Shown here in pieces: positions 60,035 to 64,000 of a stretch of 64,000 bases of DNA. The position numbers and the translations under genes are program-made. Source of the DNA: an uncultured Eggerthellaceae bacterium (lineage in GTDB: Bacteria; Actinomycetota; Coriobacteriia; Coriobacteriales; Eggerthellaceae). The notes under the pieces are model-generated. The model saw only the letters and a list, made by a program, of their open reading frames with translations, did not search any database and was not told where the DNA came from. The stretch covers positions 1,412 to 65,411 of the forward strand of contig CALELU010000100.1 of NCBI GenBank assembly GCA_937902685.1. Direction: 5' to 3'. Position 1 is the first letter of the stretch; each line of letters starts with the position of its first letter.

Positions 60035-60823
60035 TCAGTGGGGATGAACCGCCATGCCGATGTAGGACGCGGACAGAATGGTGAACACGTATGCCTGCAA
60101 GAACGCCACCAGGCACTCCATTGCATACATGAGGACCAGCAGAACAAACCATGCAATTGCCGGCAGCGCCGTCACAAAGTCCATGCTAAAGACGGCCTGC
60201 TGCAAAAACACCGTGGTTGCCAGAGAGAACACAGCCAAAACCATATGGCCTGCGAGCATGTTGCCGTAAAGACGAACAGCCAGCGTAAGCACGCGAATGA
60301 CCATAGAGAAGAACTCGAGTACCCAGATGATGGGAACCATGGGGCCCGGCACACCAGAGGGCACGAGGCTTTTGATGTAACCGAACACGCCCAGCGTCTT
60401 CAAACCGTAGAAGTTGAAGTACACAAACGAGATAGCTGCGAGCGCCCACGTAACGGAAATGGTGCCCGTAGTTGCTTTCGCGCCAGGGATCAAACCAACA
60501 ACGTTAGCGATGAGGATGAAGAAGAACAGCGTGCACAAAAACGGAATGTGCTTCTTGAAACCCTCACCGATAACGTCCTGGCCGATGCTCGTGTTCACGA
60601 AGTCGTAACCATATTCAACAGTATTCAGGAATTTGTTCTTTGGGACCAGCTGAAGCTTACGGCCTCCAATCAGAACCACCATCAGTACCAACGCCAAAAT
60701 GAAGAACATGTACAGCGTGTACTGGCTGATATCCCAACCACCGATAGAAAACACGGTGTGGGAATCGAAAGTTTCGGAGAGGTGCCGTGCCTCTTCGACG
60801 AACTTGTTGAGCGCCTCGCCCAT
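60035..60823 (-). CDS. atpB: ATP synthase a subunit
   Basis: LAVRLYGNMLAGH and LQAYVFTIL. Confidence 0.96.
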   Translation of the reverse strand: MGEALNKFVEEARHLSETFDSHTVFSIGGWDISQYTLYMFFILALVLMVVLIGGRKLQLVPKNKFLNTVEYGYDFVNTSIGQDVIGEGFKKHIPFLCTLFFFILIANVVGLIPGAKATTGTISVTWALAAISFVYFNFYGLKTLGVFGYIKSLVPSGVPGPMVPIIWVLEFFSMVIRVLTLAVRLYGNMLAGHMVLAVFSLATTVFLQQAVFSMDFVTALPAIAWFVLLVLMYAMECLVAFLQAYVFTILSASYIGMAVHPH

Positions 60824-60862
60824 CTCAGATCATCCCAGCCTTTCCAGTGAACGAACCCTACA

Positions 60863-61144
60863 TTACCGCGCGACGTTTTTACGCCACACGTACACTGCGG
60901 TGCAAACGATAAGCGAAACGATCTCGGCCATGCCGAAGGGAAGCACAGACGGACGCGCCACCAGCGCGCATACGATCAATGCCACCGCAACAACCACGAG
61001 CGACACAAACGTGCCCCCCAAGCCGTAAAGCGCCGCGTTGGCGACCGATACCGAAGGATGCTTCCGGGCTAAACGCAGCGACGCAAACAGCGGAAGAAAG
61101 CCAATGAAGCCAGCTATAACACCGATTACGATGGCTGCAACCAT
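60863..61144 (-). CDS. Small membrane protein at the head of the atp operon (AtpI-like position)
   Basis: Three hydrophobic segments directly upstream of atpB. Confidence 0.6.
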   Translation of the reverse strand: MVAAIVIGVIAGFIGFLPLFASLRLARKHPSVSVANAALYGLGGTFVSLVVVAVALIVCALVARPSVLPFGMAEIVSLIVCTAVYVWRKNVAR

Positions 61145-61350
61145 GGCCCGCGCTTCACCCAAACCTTTCGTCAATCACAATTCCCGCATAGAAAACCAAC
61201 CGGTATGATAACGTAGATTCACGGCATGCCCCCGTAAACTCCGCAATCGCCACAAAACGCTGGCAAACGGCTCTCATTTATTCGATTTTCCCTGCTATTT
61301 ACCCTGTTCTACTTTTCTCATATTCACATAATCGTCCAATTTGGCCGTTT

Positions 61351-61836
61351 TTATGCATTTGCATCATTGCGAATGGGACCATCGTACACGCGTAATTTAA
61401 TGCCCGCCTCGCGCAACATGGACATAGACAGTTCATCTGGATACGGATTGGAATAAATAATCTCTTCGATGTCGGCGTTAATGAGCATCTTCGCGCATAC
61501 CACGCATGGCTGCGTTGTTATGTAAATTGAAGCACCGGTAATGTTGATGCCGTAGCGCGCCGCCTGGATGATTGCGTTTTGCTCCGCATGCAAGCCACGG
61601 CAAATTTCGTGACGCTGGCCGCTTGGGACGCCAAGCTGCTGACGCAAACAGCCCGTTTCGGCGCAGTGCGCAAGCCCCGTGGGCACGCCGTTGTAGCCTG
61701 TGGCCAAAATTCGCCGATCCTTTACGATGATCGCACCAACCGCACGGCGCAGGCATGTCGTGCGCGTGGCAACCTCATTTGCAAGCGTCATAAAGTATTC
61801 GTCCCAGCTTGGGCGATGGTCGGTTGTTTCAGCCAT
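61351..61836 (-). CDS. dCMP deaminase / ComEB family
   Basis: [20 protein letters not shown] and PCVVC. Confidence 0.92.
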   Translation of the reverse strand: MAETTDHRPSWDEYFMTLANEVATRTTCLRRAVGAIIVKDRRILATGYNGVPTGLAHCAETGCLRQQLGVPSGQRHEICRGLHAEQNAIIQAARYGINITGASIYITTQPCVVCAKMLINADIEEIIYSNPYPDELSMSMLREAGIKLRVYDGPIRNDANA

Positions 61837-61914
61837 ACGAACTTCCCCTTCATACGAAAATGGCCGAACAGGCGCAAACCCGTTCGGCCGTTAGTCTATC
61901 ACCAATGGATAAGC

Positions 61915-63171
61915 TTAGTACTCCAAGCCCGGATACAGCGGATGAGCCTCAAGCATGGCGTCGATTTTCTTCCTGATGTCAGCAAGCTTAGCCTCATTGT
62001 CTGCATTAAACACAGTTGCAGCGATGCACTGGCCCACTTCGTAGAAATCGTCTTTCGTGAAGCCACGCGTCGTTGCGGCGGCACTGCCCACGCGAATGCC
62101 ACTAGCCACAAACGGGCTACGCTGCTCGTTGGGAATGGTGTTCTTGTTCACCGTAAGGCCAACGCTTTCCAGCAGCTTCTCGGCATCCTTGCCCGTCACA
62201 TCCGCCGGGGTAAGGTCAACCAGGCACAAATGGTTATCCGTTCCGCCAGAAACCAAACGCAACCCGCCATCGGTCATGCCCTGGCCCATTGCAGCTGCAT
62301 TCTCAACCACGTGGTCGATGTACTCCTTGAACGCCGGCTGCAGCGCTTCACCAAACGCCACGGCCTTGCCAGCAATAACGTGCATAAGCGGACCGCCCTG
62401 GCTGCCCGGGAACACGGCAGAGTTGATTTTCTTGAACAGCTCCTCGTTATTGGTAAGGATAAAGCCGCCACGCGGGCCACGCAGCGTTTTGTGGCTGGTG
62501 GACGTCACGATATCCGCATAGGGTACCGGGGACGGATGAGCGCCCGTTGCAACCAGGCCAGCAATATGCGCCATGTCGACCATCAGATAAGCGCCCACTT
62601 CATGCGCAATTTCGGCCATGCGTTCAAAATCGATGATACGCGGATATGCCGAGGCGCCGCCAACGATAATTTTCGGCTTATGCTCCTTTGCCAGCTTCTC
62701 CATCTCGTCGTAGTCAATGGTTTCGGTTGCCGGATCAACGCCGTAAGACACCACGTTGTACAACTTGCCCGAGAAGTTTGCCGGGCTGCCATGCGTCAGA
62801 TGGCCGCCGTTGTCCAAGCTCATGCCCATGATGGTATCGCCCGGTTTAACGGTGGCAAAATATGCGGCCAAGTTGGCGTTTGCGCCAGAATGCGGCTGCA
62901 CGTTTGCGTACTTCGCGCCATACAGCTTGCACGCACGGTCTCGCGCAAGGTTCTCAACAATGTCAACCTTCTCGCAGCCGCCGTAATAACGCTTTCCGGG
63001 AAGGCCCTCGGCGTACTTGTTCGTAAGCACGCTGCCCATTGCTTCCATCACGGCACGGGACGTGAAATTCTCGGATGCAATCAGCTCAACAGATGAACGC
63101 TGGCGAGAGAGCTCCTGCCCAAGTGCACTAGCCACTTCTGGATCGGTTTGCTTCACGTGCTCAATTGCCAT
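61915..63171 (-). CDS. glyA: Serine hydroxymethyltransferase
   Basis: ELIASEN, NKYAEG, GGHLTHG and [12 protein letters not shown]. Confidence 0.98.
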   Translation of the reverse strand: MAIEHVKQTDPEVASALGQELSRQRSSVELIASENFTSRAVMEAMGSVLTNKYAEGLPGKRYYGGCEKVDIVENLARDRACKLYGAKYANVQPHSGANANLAAYFATVKPGDTIMGMSLDNGGHLTHGSPANFSGKLYNVVSYGVDPATETIDYDEMEKLAKEHKPKIIVGGASAYPRIIDFERMAEIAHEVGAYLMVDMAHIAGLVATGAHPSPVPYADIVTSTSHKTLRGPRGGFILTNNEELFKKINSAVFPGSQGGPLMHVIAGKAVAFGEALQPAFKEYIDHVVENAAAMGQGMTDGGLRLVSGGTDNHLCLVDLTPADVTGKDAEKLLESVGLTVNKNTIPNEQRSPFVASGIRVGSAAATTRGFTKDDFYEVGQCIAATVFNADNEAKLADIRKKIDAMLEAHPLYPGLEY

Positions 63172-63277
63172 GATGTAACCCTTTCTTCGATGTACTGTAC
63201 GGTTTTACTCTAGCACATGCCGCCCACGCACACGCCTAGTCCATATTGCGGTAACCAGCCGGCAATACTAGGCGGTT

Positions 63278-63318
63278 GAACGGAAGCGGCCAACGTAAGT
63301 CGTTGGCCGCTTCCGTTC
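63278..63318. terminator. Strong hairpin between rpiB and glyA
   Basis: 18-bp perfect stem GAACGGAAGCGGCCAACG / CGTTGGCCGCTTCCGTTC. Confidence 0.55.
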
Positions 63319-63341
63319 GCTGCGTTTGTTGAACCGCTATG

Positions 63342-63782
63342 TTATTTGTTCTCCAACGCCATAATCTTTTCAACGCGCCCGGTGTGACGTCCTCCACCGA
63401 ACTCCGTAGACAAGAATGCCTTGAGGATTTCCTTATTAGCAGACAAGTCGACAAAACGACCCGATAGCGTAATAACGTTTGCGTCGTTATGCTCGCGACA
63501 CAGGGCGGCGAACGCCGGGGAGACAATATTTGCGGCGCGAATGCCGTCAACCTTATTTGCCGCAATGGCCATGCCAATGCCTGTGCCGCACACAAGCACG
63601 CCGCGCTCGGCTTCGCCGTTCACCACATCATGGGCAACAAGCTCGGCATAGTCGGGGTAATCAACACGATCGTCCGTATCCGGCCCTCGATCAATAACGG
63701 TATGGCCCTGTTCTTTCAAAAAAGCGGCCAGCTGCTGTTTTTGCTCAAAACCGGCGTGATCGCTTGCAATGCTGATTTTCAT
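63342..63782 (-). CDS. rpiB: Ribose-5-phosphate isomerase B
   Basis: SDHAG, DYPD, CGTGIG, HNDAN and GGRH. Confidence 0.96.
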   Translation of the reverse strand: MKISIASDHAGFEQKQQLAAFLKEQGHTVIDRGPDTDDRVDYPDYAELVAHDVVNGEAERGVLVCGTGIGMAIAANKVDGIRAANIVSPAFAALCREHNDANVITLSGRFVDLSANKEILKAFLSTEFGGGRHTGRVEKIMALENK

Positions 63783-63861
63783 GAACGCACCTTCCATTGA
63801 CTGCAAAATATGTGAGCATGGTACACCCGGGAACCGTTGCAAAGGACAAGCCCCGCAAACA

Positions 63862-64000
63862 TTACGAAAGAGCGCGAATATCCGCTACCGTAATGGCTCC
63901 TTCACGAACCATTACAGGATGATCGCCCGTGCAATCCACAACCGTAGAGGCTACGCCGCTTTTTGCGGCATCATCAGAATCCGCCAGCACAGCCGCGACT
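63862..64000 (-). CDS. Sua5/TsaC threonylcarbamoyl-AMP synthase, C-terminal end (partial)
   Basis: Manual translation ...SGVASTVVDCTGDHPVMVREGAI...*; usual position upstream of rpiB. Confidence 0.75.
   Translation of the reverse strand, partial: VAAVLADSDDAAKSGVASTVVDCTGDHPVMVREGAITVADIRALS

Noticed and set aside
63172..63340. ZTP (pfl) or glycine riboswitch upstream of glyA
   Set aside because: The conserved ZTP elements (GACUGGCG, CGCCUGGG) and glycine aptamer motifs are not visible.

Overview
This is a GC-rich chromosomal window, most likely from Coriobacteriia (Eggerthellaceae-like). That assignment is inferred from gene content and lipoprotein-anchored respiratory enzymes. Left to right it holds: rarA; a 6S RNA; a full pstSCAB1B2-phoU-phoB-phoR cluster; a DMSO-reductase-family operon (dmsC is frameshifted, then dmsABD) divergent from an nrfD-gntR-SPFH module; galU; a ccmEFABCD cytochrome c maturation operon; a nitrate-ammonification island (nrfA plus a pentaheme cytochrome, an NreA-GAF/kinase fusion plus an NreC-like regulator, and napABD); housekeeping genes; two YhgE/Pip proteins; asnB; truA; dnaE; the atp operon; glyA; and rpiB. 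Four observations stand out. (1) Two copies of an unrecognised four-hairpin small RNA with CU-rich, anti-Shine-Dalgarno-like loops and a shared promoter bracket the molybdoenzyme module. (2) A one-piece NreA-type nitrate-sensing kinase sits between nrf and nap. (3) A candidate metal-repressed sRNA or leader lies under a DtxR-type operator. (4) An nrfD-gntR-SPFH module has an operator in the dms promoter spacer. Start codons were often re-picked from RBS context. All functional calls rest on motif recognition only; no database search was run.
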